From Gemmatales bacterium (GTDB lineage: Bacteria > Planctomycetota > Planctomycetia > Gemmatales > HRBIN36), in the NCBI GenBank assembly GCA_047602475.1, contig JASGHE010000005.1, positions 59,684 to 123,683 on the forward strand: a stretch of 64,000 bases of DNA, read 5' to 3'. Positions 29,556 to 38,840 of the stretch are shown here, piece by piece. Made by a program: the position numbers and the translations under genes. The notes under the pieces are model-generated. The model searched no databases, was not told the DNA's origin, and saw only the letters and a program-made list of their open reading frames with translations. Numbering within the stretch: the stretch's first letter is position 1; the number at the start of each line of letters is the position of its first letter.

Positions 29556-30872
29556 ATGTTAACAAGCTACCTGCTTCTCAGCCTTCTCGTGATCCAACCT
29601 CCCGAAGATTGGACAGCCTTCCATGGCGGCGATCTTGCCGGTGTGCGTGATAACGTCAAGCTCCCCTCCGAATGGTCGCCCACCAAGAACGTCGCCTGGT
29701 CGGTCGATATTCCCGGCCTGGCCTGGTCTTCTCCCGTCACCTGGAAGGGCAAGGTCTTTCTGACCACCGTCATCCGAGACGGCAAACCGGAAACAGTTGA
29801 AACAGCCAAGAAGGGCCTTTACTTCGGTGGTGAGAAGAAGGACGCTCCCCAGGAATCCTTCACCTGGAAGGTCTACTGTATCGACGAAGAGACGGGCAAA
29901 ATCCTCTGGGAAAAGGTCGCCCACCAGGGCAAGGCAGATCGCGGAAAGCACGTCAAGAACAGCTACGCATCCGAAACCCCCATCGTCGATGCTGAACGGC
30001 TCTACGTGACCTTCGGCAACATTGGCCTGTTTACCTACGATCACAAGGGCGAGCTACTCTGGAAGCATGCCATTGAGAGCATGCCCACCACGATGAGCTG
30101 GGGCCCAGCCGCCTCCCCCACCGTTCACGACAATCGCCTCTACTTCGTCTACGACAACAACAAGGAATCCTACATCATGTGCCTGGATGCCCGCACTGGC
30201 AGCCAGGTCTGGAAACAGCCCCGAGATGAAAAGAGCAACTGGGCCAGCCCCTATGTCTGGGTCAACGACAAGCGCACTGAGATCATCACAGCTGGCTCCA
30301 AAAAGATTCGTTCCTACGATCTGGATGGCAAACTCCTCTGGGAACTCGGGCCGATGTCGTCGATCACGGTGCCCACTCCCTTCGCCGCAAATGGTTTGCT
30401 CTACGTCACCTCCGGCTACGTCATGGATGCCAAGAACAAACCAGTCTACGCCATCAAACCCGGCGCCAGCGGCGATCTGACGACCACGGGTGATACCCCT
30501 ACCAATCCCTCCATCGCCTGGGTGCAGCCCAAAGCCGGCCCCTACATGCCGACGCCGCTGGTTTACAATGGGCTCTGCTACATCCTCTACGACATGGGTG
30601 CCTTCGCCTGCTACGACGCCAAGACCGGTGCCATGGTCTACGACAAGCAGCGCTTCAAGGGCAAAACCACCGGCTTCACCTCCAGCCCCTGGGCCTACAA
30701 CGGCAAGGTCTTCTGCATGAGTGAAGACGGCGACGTGTTCGTCATCGAAGCAGGCAAAGAGTTCAAGCAGGTAGGCAAGAACAGCATGGATGAACTCTGC
30801 ATGGCGACGCCAGCCATCACTAACAAGAGTTTGCTGATCCGCACGGCGAGCAAGCTCTACTGTATCCGGTAG
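29556..30872 (+). CDS. PQQ-like / BamB-like beta-propeller repeat protein (secreted)
   Basis: ORF 29544 (TTG) trimmed to ATG 29556. Signal-like MLTSYLLLSLLVI. Repeated G.llW blades (GKILWEK, GELLWKH, GSQVWKQ, GKLLWEL). Confidence 0.8.
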   Translation: MLTSYLLLSLLVIQPPEDWTAFHGGDLAGVRDNVKLPSEWSPTKNVAWSVDIPGLAWSSPVTWKGKVFLTTVIRDGKPETVETAKKGLYFGGEKKDAPQESFTWKVYCIDEETGKILWEKVAHQGKADRGKHVKNSYASETPIVDAERLYVTFGNIGLFTYDHKGELLWKHAIESMPTTMSWGPAASPTVHDNRLYFVYDNNKESYIMCLDARTGSQVWKQPRDEKSNWASPYVWVNDKRTEIITAGSKKIRSYDLDGKLLWELGPMSSITVPTPFAANGLLYVTSGYVMDAKNKPVYAIKPGASGDLTTTGDTPTNPSIAWVQPKAGPYMPTPLVYNGLCYILYDMGAFACYDAKTGAMVYDKQRFKGKTTGFTSSPWAYNGKVFCMSEDGDVFVIEAGKEFKQVGKNSMDELCMATPAITNKSLLIRTASKLYCIR

Positions 30873-30982
30873 GGCACGCTGTGCGTGCCTCTCATTAACA
30901 AGGCACCGTCACCATCATCACTCACTATTCAAACTGACGTGACAACCGCCAGTCTCCGTGAGGCACGCACAGCGTGCCCTAC
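30869..30982. repeat. Repeat family A, copy A2
   Basis: GTAGGGCACGCTGTGCGTGCCTC...GAGGCACGCACAGCGTGCCCTAC. The TAG at 30870-30872 is the stop of the propeller gene. Confidence 0.85.
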
Positions 30983-30992
30983 GGAACTACCG

Positions 30993-31358
30993 CTATTTCC
31001 CCTTCACCTCGACCGGCACCTGATCAATCTTCGCCGCCAGGATGAAGTCGTTCTCCGACAGCCCGCCGATGGCATGGGTGGACATCTCGATCTTCACATT
31101 GCGATAGCCTGATAGATGCAGATCAGGATGATGATCCTCCGCCTCGGCAATCTCGGCCAGGTTATCAAAGAACTTGATGGCTGTCATAAAGTCCTTGCAC
31201 TTGTAGCTGCGACTGATGCTCTTACCGTCTTCGCTAAGCTTCCAATCGGGTAAGCCCATCAACATCCGTTCCACTTCATTGCGCGAAAGCGGCTGCACGC
31301 CTCCTTCACAGGGTACACATTTCTTTCCCGATAGTTCACAAGCGATTGCGCTAGGCAT
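30993..31358 (-). CDS. 4a-hydroxytetrahydrobiopterin (pterin-4-alpha-carbinolamine) dehydratase
   Basis: 121 aa. KKCVPCEGG...L leader and the AEAEDHHPDL...V.IEMSTH core typical of PCD/DCoH. Confidence 0.9.
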   Translation of the reverse strand: MPSAIACELSGKKCVPCEGGVQPLSRNEVERMLMGLPDWKLSEDGKSISRSYKCKDFMTAIKFFDNLAEIAEAEDHHPDLHLSGYRNVKIEMSTHAIGGLSENDFILAAKIDQVPVEVKGK

Positions 31359-31375
31359 GATGTATCTCCAGAGTT

Positions 31376-31528
31376 ACCATCACGCTCCGCGTGATGGTCT
31401 TGATGGTAGTCATCACGCTCCGTCGTGATGAAGCGGCGACTTGCATCATTGTCTTCGAGTATGTCAATGCAATCGCCATGCCTTATTGAACCATATTCCA
31501 GAACAGACCATCACGCGAAGCGTGATGG
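31376..31528. repeat. Repeat family G: three short CATCACGC-NNN-GCGTGATG hairpins
   Basis: ACCATCACGCTCCGCGTGATGGT (31376-31398), GTCATCACGCTCCGTCGTGATGA (31409-31431) and CCATCACGCGAAGCGTGATGG (31508-31528, 4 nt from the leuS stop). Confidence 0.75.
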
Positions 31529-31531
31529 CAA

Positions 31532-34360
31532 CTATGACGGAGCCACAACCAGATTCACCAGCTTCCCGGGCACCACAATCGCCTTCTTGATCGTCATGCC
31601 CTTGAGCAGTTCCTGAATGCGTTCGTCCGCCAGAGCTGCCTCTTTGGTAGCCGCCTCATCGGAACCGACAGGCACCATCACCTTGCTGCGCAGCTTGCCG
31701 TTCATCTGCACCGGCACTTCGACGGCAGCAGCTTGCGTCAACTTGGGATCAAAAACCGGCCAGGGTTCATAGGCCAACGTCTGGGGATGGCCCAGCACCT
31801 GCCAAAGCTCTTCGGCAAGATGCGGTGCATACGGAGCCAGCAGCAGCACCAGCGTCTCCATCACCTTCTTTGACCGAACTTCCTGCCGGGTGAGATGGTT
31901 GCTCAATTCCATCAAAGCCGAGATAGCTGTGTTGAAACGCATGCCATCAAGGTCTTCCGTCACCTTCTTGATGGTCTGATGAAGTTTCCGCTGTGTCTCC
32001 TCATCGGCTTCGACATCCTGAACTGCTGAGGAAAGCACCCGCTCTTCGCTACGATCATCGATGATGAGCCGCCAGCAGCGAGCCAGGAACCGGGAAACCC
32101 CCTCCACGCCCTGCATGTTCCATGGCTTAGTCGCCTCCAGCGGCCCCATGAACATTTCATACAACCGCAGCGAATCGGCCCCGTAGTCCTTGACCACATC
32201 ATCAGGGTTGATGACATTGCCCCGGCTCTTGGACATCTTGTCCGCACGGGCAGATAATGCAATCGACGTGCCCTTGAGGAAGAAGATGCCACCCTTCTTC
32301 TCGATCTGGTCTTCGCCCAAGTTGGTGAGCGCACCGCCGGAAGTGAACGGAGCGTTCTTGAGTTTGATGATCTCATCCTCGCCATCAACCACGACCAAGG
32401 TCTGCAACTTGCGTTCAGTGAGCAGTGCCTGATGTTTGGCGATATCTTCGGCTTTGATCACATACTCATTCTCGCCCAGGATCATCCCCTGGTTGACCAA
32501 CCGCTGGAATGGCTCCTTCGTCGTCACGTGGCCACGGTCGAACAGCACCTTGTGCCAGAAGCGGGCATAAAGAAGATGCAACACCGCATGCTCCGCCCCG
32601 CCGACGTAGAGATCGACCGGCATCCAGTACCGTTCCTTCTTCGGATCAAGGAACGCCTGATCGTTATTTGGATCGAGGTAACGCAGATAGTAACAGCACG
32701 ACCCGGCCCACTGGGGCATCGTGTTCAGTTCACGGCGATAGGTATGGCCCTTCTTCTTCACGGTCAGCCAGTCGGTCGCCTTGCCCAGAGGCGGCTCCGG
32801 CTTGCCCGAAGGCTTATAGTCGGTCATCTGCGGCAACTGGAGTGGCAGGTCTTCAGCGGTGAGCGGCTCAATCACGCCATCCGGCTGGCCATCAGCCCCT
32901 AACCGGTGCAACAGCGGAAACGGTTCACCCCAGTAGCGCTGTCGGCTGAAGAGCCAGTCTCGCAGTTTGTAATTGACTCGGCGAACGCCCAGACCTTTCT
33001 CTTCCAGCCAGGCGATCATCTTCTGCTTGGCTTCGGTGACGAGCAATCCATCAAGGAAGCCGCTGTTGATGGCCGGGCCATCGCCGGTGAACGCCTTGCC
33101 GGTAAAGTCGGCTGGCGTCTGCACGGTCCGAACGATGGACAGATGATAGACTTCAGCAAACTCCCAGTCACGCTCATCCTGGCCCGGCACTGCCATGATC
33201 GCCCCGGTACCGTAGGTGCTGAGCACATAGTCTGCTATCCAGATGGGAATCTTCGCCTGGTTCGCCGGGTTGATGGCATAGGCCCCGGTAAAAACGCCAG
33301 TCTTAGTCTTGGCCAGCTCGGTACGTTCGAGATCGCTCTTGAAACTCGCCTGCTTCTGATACTCTTTGACCGCTGCCTTCTGGTCTTCAGTAGTGATCTG
33401 TTCGACCAGCGGGTGCTCCGGTGAGAGTACCATGTAGGTAGCCCCGAAGAGCGTATCGGGTCGGGTGGTGAAGACGCGAATCGCCGCTGCCCCCTCACCC
33501 CCAGCCCCTCTCCCTCCAGGGGAGAGGGGAGCCAGATTGAACTCAACTTCCGCCCCTTCACTACGCCCGATCCAGTTGCGCTGCATCTCTTTCAGGGCAG
33601 GGGACCAATCAAGAGTATCAAGATCGCTCAACAACCTGCCGGCGTAGGCGGTGATGCGCATCATCCATTGTCGAAGCGGCAACCGCACCACGGGATGATT
33701 GCCCCGTTCAGATTTACCATCGATGACTTCTTCGTTGGCCAGCACCGTACCCAGAGCAGGGCACCAGTTCACCGGAGCACTGGTTTCATAGACCAGCCGA
33801 TGCTGATCCCGATAATTGGCAACCGCCTTCTCACCCTGCTTCTTGACATCCTCTGGAATCGGCAACTCGCTGATAGGCCGACCCTTCTGCGTCTTCTCGT
33901 CGTACCAGGTGTCGTACAGAACGAGGAAGATCCACTGCGTCCATTTGAAGTACTTCGGATCGGTGGTATCGACCTCTCTACTCCAGTCGTAACTGAAGCC
34001 CAGCGACTTGATCTGTCTGCGGAATGTGGCAATGTTCTTCTGCGTCGTCTCCCTGGGATGCGTCCCCGTTTCGATGGCGTATTGTTCAGCGGGCAGACCG
34101 AAGGCGTCCCAGCCCATCGGGTGCATCACATTAAACCCGCGCATCCGCTTGTAACGTGCCAGGATATCGGTAGCGGTGTAACCTTCGGGATGGCCGACAT
34201 GCAATCCCGAACCACTGGGGTAGGGGAACATATCGAGGATGTAATACTTCGGCTTGCCCGCCACGCTCGCCTCGCCGGGATCAGGCGTGCGAAACGTGGC
34301 GTGTTTCTCCCAATATGCTTGCCACTTGGGTTCGATGAGGGCGGGATAATAAGAAGGCAT
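31532..34360 (-). CDS. leuS: Leucine--tRNA ligase
   Basis: 942 aa. HVGHPEGY (HIGH), KMSKSRGN (KMSKS), the TTRPDT block preceding the CP1 editing domain, and the typical C-terminal domain. Carries an in-frame copy of repeat family B (see finding). Confidence 0.97.
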   Translation of the reverse strand: MPSYYPALIEPKWQAYWEKHATFRTPDPGEASVAGKPKYYILDMFPYPSGSGLHVGHPEGYTATDILARYKRMRGFNVMHPMGWDAFGLPAEQYAIETGTHPRETTQKNIATFRRQIKSLGFSYDWSREVDTTDPKYFKWTQWIFLVLYDTWYDEKTQKGRPISELPIPEDVKKQGEKAVANYRDQHRLVYETSAPVNWCPALGTVLANEEVIDGKSERGNHPVVRLPLRQWMMRITAYAGRLLSDLDTLDWSPALKEMQRNWIGRSEGAEVEFNLAPLSPGGRGAGGEGAAAIRVFTTRPDTLFGATYMVLSPEHPLVEQITTEDQKAAVKEYQKQASFKSDLERTELAKTKTGVFTGAYAINPANQAKIPIWIADYVLSTYGTGAIMAVPGQDERDWEFAEVYHLSIVRTVQTPADFTGKAFTGDGPAINSGFLDGLLVTEAKQKMIAWLEEKGLGVRRVNYKLRDWLFSRQRYWGEPFPLLHRLGADGQPDGVIEPLTAEDLPLQLPQMTDYKPSGKPEPPLGKATDWLTVKKKGHTYRRELNTMPQWAGSCCYYLRYLDPNNDQAFLDPKKERYWMPVDLYVGGAEHAVLHLLYARFWHKVLFDRGHVTTKEPFQRLVNQGMILGENEYVIKAEDIAKHQALLTERKLQTLVVVDGEDEIIKLKNAPFTSGGALTNLGEDQIEKKGGIFFLKGTSIALSARADKMSKSRGNVINPDDVVKDYGADSLRLYEMFMGPLEATKPWNMQGVEGVSRFLARCWRLIIDDRSEERVLSSAVQDVEADEETQRKLHQTIKKVTEDLDGMRFNTAISALMELSNHLTRQEVRSKKVMETLVLLLAPYAPHLAEELWQVLGHPQTLAYEPWPVFDPKLTQAAAVEVPVQMNGKLRSKVMVPVGSDEAATKEAALADERIQELLKGMTIKKAIVVPGKLVNLVVAPS
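33490..33531 (-). repeat. Repeat family B, copy B2 (in frame inside leuS)
   Basis: The reverse complement CTCCCCTCTCCCCTGGAGGGAGAGGGGCTGGGGGTGAGGGGG differs at 2 positions from intergenic copy B3. It is translated as [13 protein letters not shown]. Confidence 0.9.
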
Positions 34361-34424
34361 GTCTGCTCGTTTCTATCGATTTCCAAAGAGGCTTAGCGTC
34401 ACCCTCTTATGTTAGTCCCGGTCT

Positions 34425-34621
34425 TTAGCCCCGGTAGGGGCGATGGTCAGTAGCCAGGGCGCAAGCCCCTGGAAATAGCGATGTTCGGGTTGAAGCCCCG
34501 GAGGGGCGATGGTGACTTTGCACTCATCACCAACGCCCCTCCGGGGCTTTATCCTTCCTTCTAACCGTGTAAACCGGCAGCTAACGCTGCCGGCTACTAA
34601 CCAGCGCCCCTCGGGGCTAGA
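34425..34621. repeat. Repeat family F: composite ~200-nt imperfect palindrome built from GCCCCGG(N)AGGGGC hairpins
   Basis: TTAGCCCCGGTAGGGGCGATGGTCAGTAGCC... and its inverted counterpart ...GGCTACTAACCAGCGCCCCTCGGGGCTAGA bracket an inner pair AAGCCCCGGAGGGGCGATGGTGA / TCACCAACGCCCCTCCGGGGCTT. Located upstream of the leuS start. Confidence 0.7.
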
Positions 34622-34688
34622 TTTAGGTTCCCCTCTATCAATGATAACGAACCAGCAAAGCTGGTTCGTCTCCATCGTCAAAATACGA

Positions 34689-35498
34689 TTATAGCCCGGT
34701 TCGCGGGGTGACTTCGATCACCTTCTCCTGTCCATCACGCTTGATCTTCACCTTTACCGTACGCCCGGCCTTCACCTGGCTGGCCGCACGGTAAGTATCG
34801 TCCACGGTATCAGTCCACACACCATCTAATACCAGCAGTCTATCGCCCAGCTTGATGCCTGCCTGTGCCGCCAGTCCATTCTCAAAGAGATAGACAACCT
34901 CAACGCCCGCTTCTTCATCGCTCGTAGACTTACCAACCGTCAGTCCCCAGAGCGTGCTCGGCGAAAGATAGACCTTCTTATCTTTGTTGTTAGACATCAT
35001 CGACGACATCAAGGAAGCCATCACATCGCCCGGATCGTAGCCCGAGGGCGTCATCGTAAGAGTCTTGTCTTTATAGTTGACCGTCGTCTTGAACTTGGCG
35101 AAGAAGGGATAGCCGACAATACCTTCAATGGGGCCGACGACTTCGGAAATCGCTTTCACCGTGGGGTGATCCATCACGATAAGCTGAATATCCTTCGCTT
35201 GCACATCGCCTACTTGGAAGTCCTTGGCCTTCACCATGCCGCCCATGCCCATGAACCCTGTCGCAGCCGGTTTGCCGTTGGCCTGTTTCTTCACCAAACC
35301 TGTTTCGTTCGCCACCTTGTTCGAGACCAGCGAGATCGGCGCTCCGGTATCAAAGATCACCCGGTAAGGCCCCTTGCCATTGATCTTGATCTGCACCGCC
35401 ATGTGCTTGGAACCAATGATCTCGAAGGGCACCGTCGCCGGCGCGGCATCACTGGGCGATTGCATCAGAAACAGACTAAAGAATAAAGAGGTCAACAT
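34689..35498 (-). CDS. Secreted retropepsin-like aspartic peptidase with C-terminal PDZ domain (paralog 1)
   Basis: ORF trimmed to ATG 35498 (MLTSLFFSLFLMQSPSDA signal). VIFDTGAPISLVS (DTGA active-site motif). C-terminal PDZ-like GLAAQAGIKLGDRLLVLDGV. Confidence 0.75.
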   Translation of the reverse strand: MLTSLFFSLFLMQSPSDAAPATVPFEIIGSKHMAVQIKINGKGPYRVIFDTGAPISLVSNKVANETGLVKKQANGKPAATGFMGMGGMVKAKDFQVGDVQAKDIQLIVMDHPTVKAISEVVGPIEGIVGYPFFAKFKTTVNYKDKTLTMTPSGYDPGDVMASLMSSMMSNNKDKKVYLSPSTLWGLTVGKSTSDEEAGVEVVYLFENGLAAQAGIKLGDRLLVLDGVWTDTVDDTYRAASQVKAGRTVKVKIKRDGQEKVIEVTPRTGL

Positions 35499-35585
35499 GA
35501 TTGTCTCAAAGTCAATGGAGTTAGAGCTGGTCTTTGTAGCGGAAGTCGCCAGACTTCCGTGTATCATCTCTACAGTGATGAGCGT

Positions 35586-36464
35586 TCAGAAGCCTCGCCC
35601 CGTTGTCAGCTTGATCGTCATTTCACTGCCGACACGACTGATGTCGAAGGCGACTTCTTTCTCAGCACCTATGCTGCTAAGGAGCTTTTGCAAGTCGGCA
35701 GTGTTCTTCAGCGATTTGCCATTCACACAGATGATGACATCATCTGTTTTGAGTTCAGCCAGGGCCGCAGGGGTGTTGGGAAGCACTTTGGTAATGACGA
35801 CTTTGCCATCCTTGTCTGCCAGTTCGATGCCAATCAATCCACGATGGACCAATACCGCATCTGCCTTTTTGGGCATCAGGGCGGTGGCAAACGAACTCAA
35901 GCCGACCATCGCCTTCATATTCGCTGATGCCCCTGCGCTCACGCTACCCATCGCCGCCGGTGGGGGTGGCTTCCAGTCGAGCCGGGTCCATTTCAGATGC
36001 GGTGAAGTAAAGTCATATTCAATCTCGAACTGAGCCAGTGCTGAATATCCCAACACGCCATGATACTTCATGCCGGCGGCGTTCATCTTGTTGATGCCCA
36101 CCAACTGGAACGGCTCCTCCACACGCACCTTGATCTTGTCCAGCTTCAGGCCACCTTCAATTTCGATATCATCGAACTCCTTCCAGAAGCCCTCTTCCTT
36201 GGGAGTGAGGCCCAGCTTCTTGGCCATCTCGCTGCCGAAGTAGACCGCCGGGGCTCCGGTATCGACAATGAAGTTGAACGGCCCCTGGCCATTCACCTTC
36301 GCCCGGATGACCACGTGCTTGACATCACTCAGCCTAAACGGCACCAAATAGGTCTCGCCTGGCTTCTTCGGGACATCCTTTTCCTGATCGTCGGCGTAAC
36401 CGAGGCCCGCCACGAGCAAGCTAAGAGAAACCGTACAGGCAATGAGTAACGCTTGAATCTTCAT
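35586..36464 (-). CDS. Secreted retropepsin-like aspartic peptidase with C-terminal PDZ domain (paralog 2)
   Basis: 292 aa. Signal MKIQALLIACTVSLSLLVAGLGYA. FIVDTGAPAVYFG. PDZ-like TPAALAELKTDDVIICVNGK. Same architecture as the adjacent gene. Confidence 0.75.
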   Translation of the reverse strand: MKIQALLIACTVSLSLLVAGLGYADDQEKDVPKKPGETYLVPFRLSDVKHVVIRAKVNGQGPFNFIVDTGAPAVYFGSEMAKKLGLTPKEEGFWKEFDDIEIEGGLKLDKIKVRVEEPFQLVGINKMNAAGMKYHGVLGYSALAQFEIEYDFTSPHLKWTRLDWKPPPPAAMGSVSAGASANMKAMVGLSSFATALMPKKADAVLVHRGLIGIELADKDGKVVITKVLPNTPAALAELKTDDVIICVNGKSLKNTADLQKLLSSIGAEKEVAFDISRVGSEMTIKLTTGRGF

Positions 36465-36613
36465 CGTGATCTAGGCCAAAGTAAGAGAAACTACCTCTGA
36501 TAATAGCATACGGAAATCCACGTTGTCAGGCTGTGCCTCATCATCTTGCTTCACACGCCGTTTTCATATCATGACGGTGAACATGACACCTGTATTCCAG
36601 AGTAACGAGAACC

Positions 36614-37066
36614 ATGCAACGCACTTTGATTCTGCTGAAACCCGATGCTGTCCAGCGCCGTTTGACCGGCGACCTGACCACCCGTTTTGAACGCAAAGGC
36701 CTCCGACTCGTCGGCCTCAAACTGGTCGCAGCCAGCCGACAGCTCGCTGAAAAGCACTATGCCGTCCACAACGGCAAACCCTTTTACGAATCGCTGGTCA
36801 GCTTCATCACCAGTGGGCCGACCGTAGCCATGGTCTGGGAAGGCCGCGAAGCTGTCACCGTGGGCCGCAATCTCGTCGGCCCCACCGATGGCGCCAAAGC
36901 CGCCCCAGGTACCATCCGTGGTGACTACGCCGCCAGCATCCAGAACAACCTGGTGCATGGCTCCGACAGCCCCGAAAACGCCGCCCTCGAAATCGCCTTG
37001 TGGTTCAAGCCAGAAGAACTCGTCAACTGGTCCCCCGTCGATCACCCCTGGGTCATAGGTGTATAG
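36614..37066 (+). CDS. ndk: Nucleoside diphosphate kinase
   Basis: 150 aa. MQRTLILLKPDAVQRRL and active-site NLVHGSDS. Confidence 0.97.
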   Translation: MQRTLILLKPDAVQRRLTGDLTTRFERKGLRLVGLKLVAASRQLAEKHYAVHNGKPFYESLVSFITSGPTVAMVWEGREAVTVGRNLVGPTDGAKAAPGTIRGDYAASIQNNLVHGSDSPENAALEIALWFKPEELVNWSPVDHPWVIGV

Positions 37067-37134
37067 TCGCCTTATCTCCCCTCTCCCTTGGAGGGAGAGG
37101 GGTTGGGGGTGAGGGGGAGCATTGCACAGGCTGC
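37064..37134 (+). repeat. Repeat family B, copy B3 (starts at the ndk stop codon)
   Basis: TAGTCGCCTTATCTCCCCTCTCCCTTGGAGGGAGAGGGGTTGGGGGTGAGGGGGAGCATTGCACAGGCT. Nearly colinear with B5. Confidence 0.85.
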
Positions 37135-37151
37135 CTCCTCTTGTATTTCAA

Positions 37152-38516
37152 TCACTTCCTCGGCTCCACCGGCTTCACATCACTAGTCACCTCAAACTCC
37201 AGCATAGCGTAATAGATCCGCCCCGGATCATCGAACCGCTTCACCTGCTCCAGCATACATTCCCAACTCGGTTCGACTTTCGCTTCATGAACCACCGTGC
37301 CATTGAGCGTCACCTTCACCGGCTGAGCAAAGTCGACCATCTTCGGATGCAGATAGACCCGCACCTTCTTCGCATGCTCAGCATCAATCTTGATGTGATT
37401 ACCGGGCAACACTTCACCACGCACTGTTTGAACACTCTTCTCCTTCGACGTACCAGCCGGCAGTGGAAAGAGCTTCAACCAGTGAATCGTGGAACGATCA
37501 ATGACACGCCCATCGATCCACTTATGCTCGCGACCCCACTTCGGATTGCCATCAGCTGAAACATGAGCCAGGCCATCATCCCGGCGGGCATAGACCACTT
37601 TACGATACATGTCACGGGGATGATCAAGAAAGAATTGGGCTACCTTGGGTAGCTCATCACCGAATATCTCGTGCCCACCAGGCTTCTCGACAATCGTCCA
37701 CTCGTAGCCTCGCTCCTTCATCCAGTCACGCATCAGTCGATTGAATGTGTTGATCTGGTACGGCTCATTCTTGCCGAAAGTGGCATAGCCCGGCACGTTC
37801 CAGAGGTTGTAGATTTGCCCGTTGGCTACATAGTCGTAGCCGCCACTCATGGGCGAGATCGCCGCCCACCGGTCTGGCATAAAGATACCCGAGCGCCAGC
37901 TCAAATGGCCGCCCATCGAATGCCCGGTGAGGTAGACCCGGTTCGGATCGATATTGAACTCGCGCTGCACCTTCGAGATCAGCGACATCACAATAGCGTC
38001 GCCAATGTACATCCAGCCACGTTCGGTGAGCGGAGCAGCGAGGATGAAGCCAAACTTCTCCGCCACAGGTACCCAGGGCCGGATGCCACCTTGCGACGCT
38101 CTTCGGGCATAGTTTGCATCCATCGCCCCGTTGCCACCGTGACCGATAATAATGATCGGCGTCTGCTTCTTCGGGTCATACGACTTGGGAACGTAGAGGA
38201 AGTACTCGGTCTCATAGTCAACATAATCCGATGGCAGTTTGAGGCGTGCCTGCAACTCACCTTTCTTGGTTGCAGCCGGGTAAGAAGATCGGCCCAAAAG
38301 AAGCAGCTTCTCCACATCACTGATGGAGAGTTTGGCCTGCTGTAGCTCCGCTATCAACTTCTGAGTCGCAGCCTTTTCTTCTTCCTTTGACTGAAACCGT
38401 TGATCGAGCCAGGCAGCCAGCGATGTATGAGCAGTTTTCGGAGCATCAGCCTGGGTACTATTAGAAGCAAAAGAAAGCGTAATCAACGCCAGACCGGCCA
38501 GCATGGTAAACAACAT
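37152..38516 (-). CDS. Secreted alpha/beta hydrolase (esterase / depolymerase-like)
   Basis: ORF 37152-38669 trimmed to ATG 38516 (MLFTMLAGLALITLSFA signal); the longer ORF would start inside repeat A3. GHGGNG and nucleophile elbow GHSMGGH. Confidence 0.75.
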   Translation of the reverse strand: MLFTMLAGLALITLSFASNSTQADAPKTAHTSLAAWLDQRFQSKEEEKAATQKLIAELQQAKLSISDVEKLLLLGRSSYPAATKKGELQARLKLPSDYVDYETEYFLYVPKSYDPKKQTPIIIIGHGGNGAMDANYARRASQGGIRPWVPVAEKFGFILAAPLTERGWMYIGDAIVMSLISKVQREFNIDPNRVYLTGHSMGGHLSWRSGIFMPDRWAAISPMSGGYDYVANGQIYNLWNVPGYATFGKNEPYQINTFNRLMRDWMKERGYEWTIVEKPGGHEIFGDELPKVAQFFLDHPRDMYRKVVYARRDDGLAHVSADGNPKWGREHKWIDGRVIDRSTIHWLKLFPLPAGTSKEKSVQTVRGEVLPGNHIKIDAEHAKKVRVYLHPKMVDFAQPVKVTLNGTVVHEAKVEPSWECMLEQVKRFDDPGRIYYAMLEFEVTSDVKPVEPRK

Positions 38517-38660
38517 CGTCTGAATCCCTGATAGATCGAGGAATAGTCTACTGGAATGACGATGCGCTGATACTCTTGGATTGTAATGATGAGCCACTCT
38601 TAATACCGTCTCCGGTCTCCGACAGGGGACGCACTGCAACACCGACTCCGCCGGAAGCTG

Positions 38661-38757
38661 GTAGGGCACGCTGTGCGTGCCTCACCACGGCTTGTGGTAT
38701 CACGAACGCCTTTGTGACGGCGATAAGCGATTGAGAGGCACGCACAGCGTGCCCTAC
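38661..38757. repeat. Repeat family A, copy A3
   Basis: GTAGGGCACGCTGTGCGTGCCTC...GAGGCACGCACAGCGTGCCCTAC. Confidence 0.85.
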
Positions 38758-38758
38758 T

Positions 38759-38788
38759 CAAACAAAACATCCCGGCAGAGCCGGGATG
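38759..38788 (-). terminator. Terminator-like hairpin downstream of the 38841-39659 gene
   Basis: On the minus strand: CATCCCGGCTCTGCCGGGATG followed by TTTTGTTTG. A second hairpin CGACCCCGG...CCGGGGTCG lies just upstream. Confidence 0.55.
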
Positions 38789-38840
38789 ACAGTGCGACCC
38801 CGTTCAGAGACCGGGGTCGATTTGTGTAGGCGTTGAACTC

